From: an uncultured Acidobacteriota bacterium
GTDB taxonomy: Bacteria > Acidobacteriota > UBA6911 > RPQK01 > JAPXNP01
Direction: 5' to 3'
Assembly: GCA_963777605.1 (NCBI GenBank)
Contig: CAVZRV010000029.1
Coordinates: forward strand, 256,001-320,000
DNA length: 64,000 bases
Shown one piece after another: positions 40,017 to 51,334 of this stretch (the stretch's first letter is position 1; every line of letters starts with the position of its first letter). Position numbers and translations under genes: made by a program. Below the pieces are notes generated by a model, which did no database searches, was not told where the DNA came from, and worked only from the letters and a program-made list of their open reading frames with translations.

Positions 40017-40949
40017 ATGAAAAAATGCGATTCTTCACGAAGAAGGTTCTTGCAGCGAGCATCGGCTATGGCGGCCCTACCAGCCTTTGCCGCGAATGGT
40101 AGAGCTTCGTCAGGGGTTGAGGGCCGTGACGAGTTTATTCCTAACAAGAATCCTCTGGGGCTTGGGCTGATGACCTATATGGTCGGCAGTAAATGGGATA
40201 TCGACACGATCATCAAGAACTGCAAGGAAGCCCAGTTTGAGCATGTTCAATTGCGTACCACCCACGCCCACGGTGTCGAGTTGACCTTGACTGCTGCCCA
40301 GCGTGCAGCTGTGAAGAAGCGGTTTGCCGATGCAGGTTTGGCGATCAGCCTTGCCAGTGCGTACCAGTATCATTTTACGGATCCAGCTGAATTGAGAAGG
40401 AACATCGAAGGGACCAAGCAATTCCTTCAGCTGGCTGCCGATGTTGGCGCGCTCGGTGTTCGCGTCTTCCCCAATGCGGTTCCGGAGGAAGGTGATCCGA
40501 GCAAGGAGAAGATCCTGGAGCAGATCGGGAAATCAGTGTCTGAATGTGCTACCACCGGGTATAACCTTGGCGTTCAACTCCGGCTTGAAGAACATGGAAG
40601 GGGAACCGCGAACATCCCGGTCATCCGACAAATTCTGGATTACGCAGACAATCCGCACGTGTACATTATCTGGAATAATTCGGACAGCGACTATACCGGC
40701 GAAGGCCTGCCTAAAGGTTACGAGGGAATGAGTCTTGAAGACCAGTTCAACCTGGTCAAGGGCAGGATTGGGAATGTCCACTTGCGCGAACTATTTACCG
40801 ATTATCCCTGGCGCAGGCTCTTCCGTCTTCTCGGTAATTCTGGGTATAAAGGCTATTGTGATATCGAACTGTCGGACGAGAGCTGTGAACCTGTGAGGAT
40901 GATGAAGAATTACCGCGTGGGATTTCTCGCGTTGCAGAATGCACTCTGA
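40017..40949 (+). CDS. Tat-exported sugar phosphate isomerase/epimerase (xylose-isomerase-like TIM barrel)
   Basis: SRRRFL signal; LRTTHAHGVE, VRVFPN, RLEEHG, VHLRE, YKGYCDIE. Confidence 0.85.
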   Translation: MKKCDSSRRRFLQRASAMAALPAFAANGRASSGVEGRDEFIPNKNPLGLGLMTYMVGSKWDIDTIIKNCKEAQFEHVQLRTTHAHGVELTLTAAQRAAVKKRFADAGLAISLASAYQYHFTDPAELRRNIEGTKQFLQLAADVGALGVRVFPNAVPEEGDPSKEKILEQIGKSVSECATTGYNLGVQLRLEEHGRGTANIPVIRQILDYADNPHVYIIWNNSDSDYTGEGLPKGYEGMSLEDQFNLVKGRIGNVHLRELFTDYPWRRLFRLLGNSGYKGYCDIELSDESCEPVRMMKNYRVGFLALQNAL

Positions 40950-41202
40950 AACCCTCCTTGTCATTACGCTGCGGTTTTGATTAGGTCGATCAATATGCTG
41001 CGGCCATGCCTGCGTAATCCGCCGGAACGTGGAATCTTGATGTTGATCTTCGGCTTGCTTCTTGCGGGTAACGCTGCTCACGCAGGTACCCTCAGAGAAG
41101 AGTTGGCGAAGCAGGGCATGGAGCAGTTGAATCCAGCCGTTCCGGGCCCGGCATTCGGTGGCCCAGAAAACAGCTGCCTGTCAGGTCTTCTTTCTGAGGG
41201 CC

Positions 41203-43317
41203 TCAGTTGTGCGCGTCAACAACGTCCATCACCCACAGATCGCCTGTTTCCTCCGCCCACGTGAAATAGAAGTACTTACCGTCGCTGTCCACTCCCCATC
41301 CCAGGTGGCCCGTTCGTCCAGTCAGGTCAGTCAAACGAGCCTGACTGCCGTCCTCGACGGATATGCTCAACAAATCGTTGCCACCCCCATCCTGCGGAAC
41401 AAGGTAGACCTCCCTGGCATCCGGGGAAAACCGACCCGAGATCGAGGAAACGGGTTTTCTCCCGAAGGTATCGATCGCCCCTCCCTCCGCCGGGATGCGG
41501 CCGAGGTAGGACTCCGATCCCGACAGAACGAGTAACCAACGACCGTCGCGAGACCAGTCGTAAACGGTGTCATCTTCCGGTCCGAATGTGACTTGGCGCA
41601 GCTGACCGCTGTCCAGGCTCGCGATCCAGACATCCCGCTTGCCGCTACGCCGAGAGGTAAACGCGATTTCAGTTCCATTCGGCGACCAAATCGGGAGCAC
41701 CTCCTCCGCTGGGTGCGTCGTGATTGGCCTTGCCGGTCCGCCTCCGGACGGCATCAGCCAGATGTCTCGACTCCCGCCACGAAAGGAATAAAATGCAAGC
41801 AATCGTCCATCGGGAGACCAGCGCGGGCACCAATCGGGAGAACGGTCCGTTGTTAACCTCGACATTGATCCCCCGGCAGACGGCAGGACCCACAGGTCCT
41901 GGTTACCGCTACGGTCGGAACTCAGGGCGATCGAATTGCGATCAGGTGAAATGTTGAAGAATTGGATGAGGGCGTTATCGAAAGTCAGTTGCTCGGCGTC
42001 GGCCCAGTTTGGCACTTGATTTCCGGTAGATCGGGATGGAATTCGCCACAAATTGGCCACAGCGCGCCCCTGAGAATAGGCAATCCGCGTCCTGTCCGGC
42101 GAGAATACGGCCGAGCGGATTCCGATCCCGTTCGTAAGACGCTCAGCAGCGCCGTCCGGCACGCCGTCCTTCCTCAGGGACTGCCGCCAGAGGTCCATTG
42201 AGCCACCTCGGTTGGAGATGAAGTAGAGAATTTGACCATCTGGCGACCAGACCGGGTTTCTGTCGTTCGTTCTGCCATCGGTAACGGGATAAGGGGAGCC
42301 TTCACCAGACAACGGTACAGTAAATATCTGGGAAACTTCCGCAGCATCGCCATCGGCAGCGACGCAGGCAAACAGATCACCCTTCGGCGACCAAGCGAGA
42401 TCGAGACACGGATTGCCTTCGAGACGAGGCAGAGGTACTTGCCGGGTTTGCAGGTTCTGCAAAGAGACGATCTCTGCGTAATTGGACAGATGCTCCGAGA
42501 GGGCGACCGCAATCTCCCCTCCATCCGGCGACCACTGAGGTGGGCCCCGGTAATAGACGGGATCGATCGCCAAGGATGCCAGCCTTCGGGGGGCGCCGCC
42601 CACCGCAGCCATCAAATAGAGCCCCCAGACCTCACCATCCAGGGAAAGAAACGCGATCTCCCCGCCGTCGGGAGACCAACTGGGATAACGGTCCGGACCC
42701 GGCCGGCTCGCCGTCAAATTGACGGGCTCTCCATGTCCCGGCTGAACCACCCAAATATCCCAATTACCTGTCAGATCGGACTCGTACGCCAAGCGATCAG
42801 CTTTCGGGGACCAGGTCGCGCAATCCTCGATCCCGATCGCAGTCGTGAGTTGAACAGGGTTGGCGAATCGAGGCACACGCGAACCAGGCGTGGGGATGAG
42901 GTAGATCGCAGCGCCCGCCGTGATAGCAATGGTAGCCAGAACAGGCCAAATCACGAACCGACGCCGGGTGCCTGGAGATTTGATCGGATCCTGCTCAAGA
43001 TCGCGAACGGGTGCCACCAGCCGGTAGCCGCGCCGGGGAATCGTTTCGATATAGGACGGGTGTTTTGGGTCGTCTCCGAGCGAATGACGCAGCTTCCAGA
43101 TGGCGCTTGTGAGCACGTCGTCCGCGACGAACGTATCGGGCCAGACTCCCTGAATCAGTCGTTCCTTGGGGAGCACCTTGTCTGGGTGGGTCGCAAAATA
43201 AACCAGCAGATCCATCACCCGGGGCTCGAGCTGAACTTCCTTGCCATCAGTCGAAAGGACACCCCGGTCCGAGAAAACGCTCCATCTCCCGACCCGAAAG
43301 ACGACGTCCATTGCCAC
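41203..43317 (-). CDS. winged-helix (CadC-like) transmembrane regulator with PD40/TolB beta-propeller
   Basis: LEPRVMDLLVY...YIETIPRRGYR, one TM, repeated P.WSPDG..IAF. Confidence 0.9.
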   Translation of the reverse strand: MAMDVVFRVGRWSVFSDRGVLSTDGKEVQLEPRVMDLLVYFATHPDKVLPKERLIQGVWPDTFVADDVLTSAIWKLRHSLGDDPKHPSYIETIPRRGYRLVAPVRDLEQDPIKSPGTRRRFVIWPVLATIAITAGAAIYLIPTPGSRVPRFANPVQLTTAIGIEDCATWSPKADRLAYESDLTGNWDIWVVQPGHGEPVNLTASRPGPDRYPSWSPDGGEIAFLSLDGEVWGLYLMAAVGGAPRRLASLAIDPVYYRGPPQWSPDGGEIAVALSEHLSNYAEIVSLQNLQTRQVPLPRLEGNPCLDLAWSPKGDLFACVAADGDAAEVSQIFTVPLSGEGSPYPVTDGRTNDRNPVWSPDGQILYFISNRGGSMDLWRQSLRKDGVPDGAAERLTNGIGIRSAVFSPDRTRIAYSQGRAVANLWRIPSRSTGNQVPNWADAEQLTFDNALIQFFNISPDRNSIALSSDRSGNQDLWVLPSAGGSMSRLTTDRSPDWCPRWSPDGRLLAFYSFRGGSRDIWLMPSGGGPARPITTHPAEEVLPIWSPNGTEIAFTSRRSGKRDVWIASLDSGQLRQVTFGPEDDTVYDWSRDGRWLLVLSGSESYLGRIPAEGGAIDTFGRKPVSSISGRFSPDAREVYLVPQDGGGNDLLSISVEDGSQARLTDLTGRTGHLGWGVDSDGKYFYFTWAEETGDLWVMDVVDAHN

Positions 43318-43505
43318 TCCGTGTTAACGGTCCCGTGAATTCATGTTAGCAACCGCCTGCGAAAACCCCAAAAAATTTCGCGGCACACCTCTTGGCGAAT
43401 CGACCCCCACCCCTGACCCCCCGCCCTGAAGATAAGTGCACGAAAACCTTACTGCGCTGATTCAAAAGCACTTAAGTAATCCGTTAACGTTCCTTCACCG
43501 AACCG

Positions 43506-43542
43506 TCAGAAACACTTCAGGCCGTCATCAAGACTCGCTCAG
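43506..43542 (+). promoter_or_regulatory. four TCAR motifs at 11-bp spacing (candidate winged-helix binding array)
   Basis: TCAG 43506, TCAG 43517, TCAA 43528, TCAG 43539. Confidence 0.5.
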
Positions 43543-43583
43543 CACCCCGCCCCGATTCTTGGCCCATGCCAAGGAGAGCCACC

Positions 43584-44420
43584 ATGAAGAGTCTGAGCGA
43601 GCTTACAGTTTTGACCTTCGCTGTAGTCGTCGTAAACATATCAGCCATTGCCCAACCTGTCGAAATGCCCTTTCAACTCTACGGCCACCTGATTGTCGTC
43701 AAAGGCTCGGTCGATAGTGCGAGGGATCTGAACCTTGTGGTCGACACGGGAGCCTCTTATTCGGTTATCAGTAGACAGCTCTGCAGGACTCTGAAAATCC
43801 GAACCAGGAGAACAGAAGCCGTTTCCTACGGGAGCAGAGCCCAGTTTGAAATCGGCAGGCTCGAAGAAATCAGACTCGGCAGTACCACCTTTTCCGATGT
43901 CGAAGTTATGGTCGCCAATCTGAACATCGCAGATGGCCTTCGAGTCGATCTCCTGTTGGGACTGGATCTACTGAAGAGAAACAACCTGACGATCGACTAC
44001 CAAAAACAGACCCTGATCGTCGGCTCAGATGAGGAGTATTCTCAGAATGCCGGCTTTTACCCCAATCTTCCTTTCCTGCTGATCAAGCTGCAGGTCCAAG
44101 GCAAGTCATTGAACCTGATTCTCGATACCGGCTCGGCTAACCTGGTCCTGTTCGAGCAGAAGATCAAAGGTCGCCTCAAGTTGACCCACACCAGAGAGCG
44201 CCGGCGGATTGCACATGTCGCGGGTTATTTGACTCTGAAGAAGATTCTCGTGGATGACACTCACTTGGCCGACGCGTCCTTGGGAACCGTATCCGCGTAC
44301 CTGATGGCGGTACAGGCAGAAATGTATGGGGGAGCGGACGGTCTGTTCAGTCCCACTTCTCTGAAGCTGAGAAAGCTTCATCTCGACTTCACAAAACACC
44401 AAATCGGTTGGGAGCTTTGA
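43584..44420 (+). CDS. exported two-domain retropepsin-like aspartyl protease
   Basis: AAGGAG RBS, signal peptide, VVDTGA and ILDTGS, LLLGLDLL. Confidence 0.88.
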   Translation: MKSLSELTVLTFAVVVVNISAIAQPVEMPFQLYGHLIVVKGSVDSARDLNLVVDTGASYSVISRQLCRTLKIRTRRTEAVSYGSRAQFEIGRLEEIRLGSTTFSDVEVMVANLNIADGLRVDLLLGLDLLKRNNLTIDYQKQTLIVGSDEEYSQNAGFYPNLPFLLIKLQVQGKSLNLILDTGSANLVLFEQKIKGRLKLTHTRERRRIAHVAGYLTLKKILVDDTHLADASLGTVSAYLMAVQAEMYGGADGLFSPTSLKLRKLHLDFTKHQIGWEL

Positions 44421-44589
44421 CCGGAAAGTATTGGCGGAGGCCTGTCGAGGACTTCGGCGGAAACGGCATCGGAAAACCGCGCCGGGTGGTCCGCTCCGAC
44501 CCGGTCTTCCAACGCCGGGGGAAACGGGCAAGTCTCGCTGTAATTCGCTCTGATTTGTCGCGTCCAGATAATGCAGACAGGAAGGAAGG

Positions 44590-44715
44590 GGCGAGGGCGC
44601 GGCGAGTGCTCCCACAGATTCAGGTGCTGAAGGATCTTGCGGATGACGCTCCACCGTTCAATGGAAGCAATGATCTGCATCTGATGTCCGCAGCCAGGAC
44701 AGCGCATCGGTGACG
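44590..44715 (-). pseudogene. IS91-family transposase C-terminal remnant
   Basis: PMRCPGCGHQMQIIASIE...VIRKILQHLNLW...PRP. Confidence 0.65.
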
Positions 44716-44912
44716 AGGTTTCCCCCACATCCGAGTTCTCCCAGCAGTGACTCGAGAATCTCGAGGTGTCTGCGGCCCGGCTCGACGAGCTGAACGCTCG
44801 GCCATTCCAGCCCTGAGGAATCCAGGCGGCAGCTGCCGCCCAGCCCCTCCAACCGGCACCCAAGATCGATGATTGCTGTTCGCCAGGTCTATGTTTACGA
44901 TTAAGGGCAGCG

Positions 44913-45929
44913 ATGAGAGCCATCAAGCGCCTGCCGATTTTGATAATTGCCCTCTCTTGCATGAACGCTTTTTCCTATTCCGTCGGGGAAGTGAGGGCTG
45001 CCTCGGACGTAGCCACGATCGCTCAGGTCCGCTCTCATCATCAGGGCCTTGCCGTCTGGTGGACCGGAAATGCGGGATGGCTGATCAAGGCAGACGATTT
45101 CCTTATCGGAATCGACCTCGACCTGGGGACGCAGAACAAAATAGAACCCCCACCCGTTCGGGCCGAAGAGCTGGCGTCGGAACTGGATCTTGCGATCGTG
45201 ACTCATCACCACGGCGATCACTGCCACACGCCCACGATCAGGGCTCTTGCCCAGGGCAACCGGACGCGTTTCGTCCTCCCCCCGAAGTGTCTGGTTCAAG
45301 TCGGCACCGGCATCATCGATCCGGATCGCGTGCTGATTCCGAATCCCGGGGAACCCTTTGAGCTCGGGGATCTCCTCGTCGAACCGATCCACGCGATTCA
45401 CGGAAACCAGGACTTTACCGTACTCACGCGGGAGCCGGACTTCGTCGAATCCATCGGCCGCAGCTGCGGCTACGTGCTGACAATCCTCGGCACGCGCTTT
45501 CTCCATCCGGGAGATTCAGTCCTCACGGAAGAGCACCTCGGGTTGAAGGATATCGACGTTCTTTTCGTTTCACCGACTGTCCACAACATGTACGTGGATC
45601 GTTCGATGATCCTGATCAATCGCCTTCAGCCGCGATTCATCTTCCCCCAGCACTTCGGGACCTACCGGGTAACCGAAGAAAATGCGTTCTGGACGCGCGG
45701 CTATCCCGACGAACTGAAGCTGCGCCTCTCGAAGGAGCTTCAGGGCCGCTATCACAAGCTCGCTCTGGGTCAGAGGTTTCAAATCACCCTGTCGCCGGCA
45801 TATTCGAGATCGACCCCCTCGGTCGAGTCCATGACTACCACGCGAACTATTACCGGAATTTTGAAGGCGACTGGAACTGCCCCGGTCTGCAAGCTACTGC
45901 GAAGCGCGGCGCCAAAGGTTATGAGGTGA
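44913..45929 (+). CDS. exported MBL-fold metallo-hydrolase (UlaG-like)
   Basis: WWTGNAGW, THHHGDH, HPGDS, PQHFGTY. Confidence 0.85.
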   Translation: MRAIKRLPILIIALSCMNAFSYSVGEVRAASDVATIAQVRSHHQGLAVWWTGNAGWLIKADDFLIGIDLDLGTQNKIEPPPVRAEELASELDLAIVTHHHGDHCHTPTIRALAQGNRTRFVLPPKCLVQVGTGIIDPDRVLIPNPGEPFELGDLLVEPIHAIHGNQDFTVLTREPDFVESIGRSCGYVLTILGTRFLHPGDSVLTEEHLGLKDIDVLFVSPTVHNMYVDRSMILINRLQPRFIFPQHFGTYRVTEENAFWTRGYPDELKLRLSKELQGRYHKLALGQRFQITLSPAYSRSTPSVESMTTTRTITGILKATGTAPVCKLLRSAAPKVMR

Positions 45930-46207
45930 CCGGAAGCGTCGGGTTGCAGACTCTCTCCGATCTTCTCGGATTGCCAGTCCAGCGCGGTACAGAGATTCGC
46001 CTCGGGCTGTTCCGAGCGGACTTTTTCGGCCCACCGGGCGTTACCCGAGGAGAGTCGGCAACAAACTGGATTAGTTGGGTGCGGCCAAGCTCGCCCCAGC
46101 CAGACTTCCACATTCCCAGCGCTTTTGGCCTGTGGAAAGTGCCGTAGGCGCCAGTGTTCTGACGCAGTTGGAAAAGATGCACTCTCGAGCGGAGTGCCGG
46201 GGGGTTC

Positions 46208-47605
46208 ATGAAAAGCCGAATCATCGCCTTCGAATGCCATTACCTGTTCACGTTTCTAGTTGCTCTGGTTGTGGCGCTGGCCTCGCTCACTTCTGTGTCT
46301 GCCCAGTCCAATCCGCGCCTGATCGTTTTGACCGACATCGGGGGTGACCCCGACGACCAGCAGGCGATGGTCCGCCTGATGCTCTACAGCAATGAATTCG
46401 ACATCGAAGGCCTGATCGCCACGGCTTCCGGGACGCCGGGAGAGCTGAAAGAACGGATCACGCAGCCTCAGTTGATTCGCGAGATCGTCGAGGCCTACGG
46501 CAGAGTCCGGGATAGCCTGGTTCGACACGCTCCACACTATCCTCCGGCTGAGCAGCTGCTTGCGGTGATCAAAGAAGGCAATCCCAACCGGGGACTCGAG
46601 GCCATCGGTGAAGGGCAGGATACGGAAGGCTCGCGCTGGATCATCGAGTGCGCCGACCGAGCCGATCCGCGACCGCTCAACATTGCAATCTGGGGCGGAC
46701 AAACCGATCTGGCCCAAGCCTTGTGGCGGGTCCGGCAGGAGCGGGGTGATCCGGGGCTGGCAAAATTCATCGCAAACCTGCGTGTGTTCGACATCGACGA
46801 TCAGGACCACATCGAGCACTGGATCTTTGAGCAATTCCCCGACCTGTTCTACGTCCTGGCGAAGGCTCCCGAGGGTCAGGACAAGCGTGAAGGTGCCTAT
46901 CGGGGCATGTATCTGGGGGGCGACGAGTCATTGACCTCGCGTGAATGGATCGATCAAAATCTGCGTACCGGTCACGGCCCACTCGGGGCTCTCTATCCAC
47001 CCAAGACCTGGACGGCGCCCAATCCCCACGGCGCCCTCAAGGAAGGAGACACTCCGTCCTGGTTTTACTTTCTGCCCAACGGCCTGGGCGATCCGGCTCA
47101 CCCGGAGTGGGGCGGCTGGGGCGGCCGCTATCTTCGGTCCTCACACGGCTTGTTTCGCGACGCCCAGGATCAGGTCGGCGACACGACCAGTGCTCGTGCC
47201 ACGGTCTGGCGCTGGCGGCCGGCCTTCCAGAACGAGTTTGCCGCCCGTATGGACTGGTCGGTCCGCCCGTACGAGCAGTGCAATCATTCTCCCGTGGCCG
47301 TCCTCAACCAGGACGCGAGCCGGGACATTCTCCGCTTATCGGCGCGAGCCGGAGAGAACGTTGAGCTTTCCGCTGCCGGCAGCAGCGATCCGGATGGCGA
47401 CGATCTGGAATTCACCTGGTTGGTTTACCCGGAGGCCGGTACCTATGAGGGCCGGGTCAAGCTTCGCGGGGTAGACGCAGATACCACACACTTGACGGTT
47501 CCCTCGGACGCTGCCGGGACGGAGATTCACGTCATTCTCGAAGTGCGCGATGACGGAAGCCCTCCCCTGACCAGCTTCCGCCGAGTCGTCATCCGGGTTC
47601 AATGA
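46208..47605 (+). CDS. DUF1593 nucleoside-hydrolase-like protein with C-terminal Ig-like domain
   Basis: VLTDIGGDPDDQQAMVRLMLYSNEFDIEGL, EGDTPS, WGGWGGR, SSDPDGD. Confidence 0.9.
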   Translation: MKSRIIAFECHYLFTFLVALVVALASLTSVSAQSNPRLIVLTDIGGDPDDQQAMVRLMLYSNEFDIEGLIATASGTPGELKERITQPQLIREIVEAYGRVRDSLVRHAPHYPPAEQLLAVIKEGNPNRGLEAIGEGQDTEGSRWIIECADRADPRPLNIAIWGGQTDLAQALWRVRQERGDPGLAKFIANLRVFDIDDQDHIEHWIFEQFPDLFYVLAKAPEGQDKREGAYRGMYLGGDESLTSREWIDQNLRTGHGPLGALYPPKTWTAPNPHGALKEGDTPSWFYFLPNGLGDPAHPEWGGWGGRYLRSSHGLFRDAQDQVGDTTSARATVWRWRPAFQNEFAARMDWSVRPYEQCNHSPVAVLNQDASRDILRLSARAGENVELSAAGSSDPDGDDLEFTWLVYPEAGTYEGRVKLRGVDADTTHLTVPSDAAGTEIHVILEVRDDGSPPLTSFRRVVIRVQ

Positions 47606-47865
47606 CGCCGTGCTCGCTGACACTCGCTTACTGCATGCTCGGGAATCACGATTGTCAACTGGGACTCGGCAAGTTTCACTCTCTGAATGGTCCGGCGCCG
47701 CCGGGGGCAAGTCCTGACAGGATGCCTGCTGGGAGTTTATTGAAGAGTAACGGGACTGTATTCTTAGACATTCCTGGACGACGATCAGGAATCACCAGGT
47801 TGTCCGCCGGTGGATCGACCGGCGCGGAGAAACGTGGTGAGGAATTGAAAAGGAGACCATCGAAC

Positions 47866-48492
47866 ATGACGCACCGGTGCCGGACTGGCTGAAGTGGGCT
47901 CGGGAGATTCAGGCCCTGGCTCAAACAGGACTGCATTTCTCGGAAACCGAGTACCATCGACACCGGTATACGAGGCTTGCCGAGATTGCCGCGGAAATGG
48001 TCGCGTCCGGTTCCGGTCAGGAAATCGATCGACTCCGGGCCGATTTTATGGAGCAACCGGGATACGCGACCCCGAAAGTGGATGTTCGCGGGGCCGTCTT
48101 CCGGAACGGGCAACTCCTCCTGGTTCAGGAAAGGTCGGACGAGCGGTGGTGTCTTCCCGGAGGTTGGGCTGACGTTAGGGGAGTCCCCCGCTGAGATGGT
48201 TGCCCGGGAGGTACTGGAAGAGAGTGGCTTCGAGGTTCGCCCGACAAAGCTCATCGGCGTTTACGATGCCAACCGGAGTGGAACCCCGCTGGCTTTCTAC
48301 CATGCCTACAAGCTGGTCTTCCGGTGCGAGATACTCGGAGGCGAAGCCGGCCCCAGCGAAGAGACGCTCGACGCCCGCTTCTTCGACCGTGACCAGGTGC
48401 CGCCGCTTTCGAATCAGCGGACGGGTGTTCGTCACCTTAACGACGTCTGGGCGCACTTCGACGATCCCATCCGGATTGCCGAATTTGATTGA
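47866..48492 (+). CDS. NUDIX hydrolase with Nudix N-terminal domain, frameshifted
   Basis: WLKWAREIQALAQTGL, GYATPKVDVRGAVF, LPGGWADV and GESPAE...REVLEESG in different frames. Confidence 0.88.
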
Positions 48493-48591
48493 GACACTTC
48501 AGGTACTTGCGGAAGTACCCGGAGAAAAGGGAGGATATTTAGATAGGGTGTTTGGATCGACCAGCTGATTGCGAAGCGGTTGCAGGGAATT

Positions 48592-50994
48592 ATGACTGAT
48601 CCTGATCAGGAGACGGGTTGGGAAGCCGCCCGGCACAAAGAGTCCAGGACAGCGGAAGGCACTGCAGTTCCTAATCCGCGGCAAGGTCTGCCCTCTCGTG
48701 TGGAAGTCCTCTCGAAGGTGCTCGACTTGATTCCCCAGGCGGTCTTCTGGAAAGACTCCAACTCCGTCTATCTTGGCTGCAACGAGACTTTTTCCCGGGC
48801 GGTCGGGTTGGAGCACCCGGACCTTGTGGCAGGCAAGACCGACTTTGAGCTGTGCTGGCCAAAGAACGAGGCGGAAGCTTATCGTAATGACGATCTCGAG
48901 GTGATGCGAAGCGGCATCTCCAAGGAACACATCCTCGAGCCTCTCCAGCAGGCCGATGGAACCCGCCGCTGGATCGACACGACTAAGGTTCCCGTGCGGG
49001 ATGTCAGCGGGCAGGTCGTCGGCGTGCTCGGGATCTTCGATGACGTCACGTCCCAAAAAGCAGTTGAGGCGGAACTTGGACGCTCGACGCAGGACCTTAA
49101 CCGTTTTTTTTCTCTTGCCATCGACCTGTTCTGTATCGCCGACGCACACGGGAGATTGATACGGGTCAGCAACGCCTGGGAGACGACGCTCGGTTATCCA
49201 GTCAATGAACTCGAGGGGAGGATGGTCCTCGACTTCGTTCATCCCGATGACCGTGAACGGACTGCGGATGTTGTCGGCGCGCTGGCAAGCAGCCAGCCTG
49301 TCCGGGGGTTCGTGAATCGGTACTTGTGTAGAGACGGTTCGATTCGCTGGCTGGAATGGCGCTCCACCGGGTTTCAGGGGAAGTTGATTTACGCGGCCGC
49401 ACGAGACATTACAGAATCCCTGGCTGCCCAGAACCACATTCGCGAACAAAGCGGGTTTCGCAAGGCGATCATCGAGAGGGTTGCTGAAGGGTTGTGCGTC
49501 TGCCATGACGTGGCCGACCATCCGTTTGTCCGCTTCACGGTCTGGAACAGCCGGATGGCTGAGATTACGGGCTACAGCATGGACGAGATCAACCGGTTCG
49601 GCTGGTACCAGAGCCTCTACCCCGACCCGGAAGTCCAGGAACGGGCTCGAAACCGGATGGCGGAAATGCGCCTCGGCAACGATCTGATCGGCGAGGAGTG
49701 GGAGATTAAACGAAAGGACGGTTCGAAGCGCCTGATTTCGATCTCGACCTCCGTCGTCGTCACCCAGGACAGCACCCCTCATGTCCTGGGCTTAATGCAC
49801 GACTTGACCGAGCGAAGGAGGGCTGAGCGGGAGCGGCAGGAGTTGGAGGCCCAGATGCAGCACGTTCAAAAGCTGGAGAGTCTGGGCGTTCTGGCGGGGG
49901 GAATTGCACACGACTTCAACAATCTGCTGATGACCATACTCGGCAATGCCGATCTCGCACTGCAGGAACTGCCCGGTGAATCTCCGGCTCGCCCATACCT
50001 GGAGAGCGTTGAGTCGGCCTCGAACCGGGCGTCCGATCTCTGTCGCCAGATGTTGGCTTACGCAGGCAGAGGACGCTTCATCGTGGAGCCGATCGATCTG
50101 AATTCGGTCGTGCGGAACATGACCCGGATGCTCACCGTTTCGATTTCCAAGAAAGCCGAACTCAAGTGTGAACTGGCCGATGCCTTGCCGATTGTCGATG
50201 GAGATGCTACCCAGTTGGACCAGGTCCTGATGAACCTGGTGACCAATGCCTCCGACGCGCTCCAGGACCGATCGGGAATAATCACGATCCGGACCGGAAT
50301 CTCTCGATTCGGTGAGGAACCGGCGGTCGAGGAGTTTGGCGAAAGTTCGTTGCGAAACGGTGAATGTGTCTACCTCGAGGTGGAAGACACCGGATGCGGG
50401 ATGTCCCCAACGGTCCGAAAGCGCATCTTCGACCCCTTTTTCTCGACCAAGTTCACAGGGCGTGGCCTCGGCCTGGCCGCAGTCCTCGGTATTGTTCGGG
50501 GGCATGGGGGAGGGATCAGGGTGGACTCGGAGCCCGGCCGGGGTACCCTGATCAGGATCCTTTTGCCGGGTTCGCAACAAAGCGCCGAACAATCGGAAGA
50601 AGTCCGAGTGGACGCCCCGGAATGGAGGGGCAACGGCATGATTCTGATCGTCGATGACGAAGAGCCGGTCCGCCAAATCTGCAGCGAGATGGTCTCCCGG
50701 CTTGGGTTCGACGTGATGACAGCGCGGAACGGGCGCGACGCGTTACGCCTCTATCAGACCCACAGAAGCCAGATCCGTTGCGTCCTGCTCGATCTCACTA
50801 TGCCCGAAATGGACGGGGAGGAGACCTACCGGGAATTAATCCGGCTCGATCCCGAGGTTTGCGTGATCCTCTCCAGCGGTTATGACGAACAGGACGTCTT
50901 TCAACGTTTCGGGGGAGATGGCCCCTTGGGATTCATTCAGAAGCCCTACCAGATCGATCACCTCAGGCAGCGGCTCCAGTCGGTCCTGACCTGA
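48592..50994 (+). CDS. PAS-domain hybrid sensor histidine kinase/response regulator
   Basis: Three PAS domains, [29 protein letters not shown], receiver VDDE/LLD/QKP. Confidence 0.95.
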   Translation: MTDPDQETGWEAARHKESRTAEGTAVPNPRQGLPSRVEVLSKVLDLIPQAVFWKDSNSVYLGCNETFSRAVGLEHPDLVAGKTDFELCWPKNEAEAYRNDDLEVMRSGISKEHILEPLQQADGTRRWIDTTKVPVRDVSGQVVGVLGIFDDVTSQKAVEAELGRSTQDLNRFFSLAIDLFCIADAHGRLIRVSNAWETTLGYPVNELEGRMVLDFVHPDDRERTADVVGALASSQPVRGFVNRYLCRDGSIRWLEWRSTGFQGKLIYAAARDITESLAAQNHIREQSGFRKAIIERVAEGLCVCHDVADHPFVRFTVWNSRMAEITGYSMDEINRFGWYQSLYPDPEVQERARNRMAEMRLGNDLIGEEWEIKRKDGSKRLISISTSVVVTQDSTPHVLGLMHDLTERRRAERERQELEAQMQHVQKLESLGVLAGGIAHDFNNLLMTILGNADLALQELPGESPARPYLESVESASNRASDLCRQMLAYAGRGRFIVEPIDLNSVVRNMTRMLTVSISKKAELKCELADALPIVDGDATQLDQVLMNLVTNASDALQDRSGIITIRTGISRFGEEPAVEEFGESSLRNGECVYLEVEDTGCGMSPTVRKRIFDPFFSTKFTGRGLGLAAVLGIVRGHGGGIRVDSEPGRGTLIRILLPGSQQSAEQSEEVRVDAPEWRGNGMILIVDDEEPVRQICSEMVSRLGFDVMTARNGRDALRLYQTHRSQIRCVLLDLTMPEMDGEETYRELIRLDPEVCVILSSGYDEQDVFQRFGGDGPLGFIQKPYQIDHLRQRLQSVLT

Positions 50995-51047
50995 AACTTC
51001 AATCGAGATGAGTTCCTGGTTCCTGGTTTCTCGTTTCTGGAGGGAAA

Positions 51048-51254
51048 GTAATCCAGGCATCCCTGCCTGAAATGGCGGCCGGGCAGCTTGCCCGGCGGAA
51101 GTGAACCTTCTCAATCCAGGATTCTTGATTTCCGGGTTTTTCTGAAACCGTCCGCCGCCGGGACTGAATCGCACTTTCAGTGCTGCATTGCCGTCTTGGC
51201 TCCGATTCCCGGGGCGTTACCGCCGGGCTGGAAATGACCCTGCGCCGTTGGCGC
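51048..51254. repeat. composite REP-like palindrome cluster 1
   Basis: Module A 51048-51097 and module B 51165-51254; both recur at 56371-56623. Confidence 0.8.
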
Positions 51255-51334
51255 GCTCATCTGGCGATGCTCCACCAGTTTCACTCTTTGAATGATCCGC
51301 GGAGGGCGCGGCGGCGGGGCTGACTTGAGATCCG

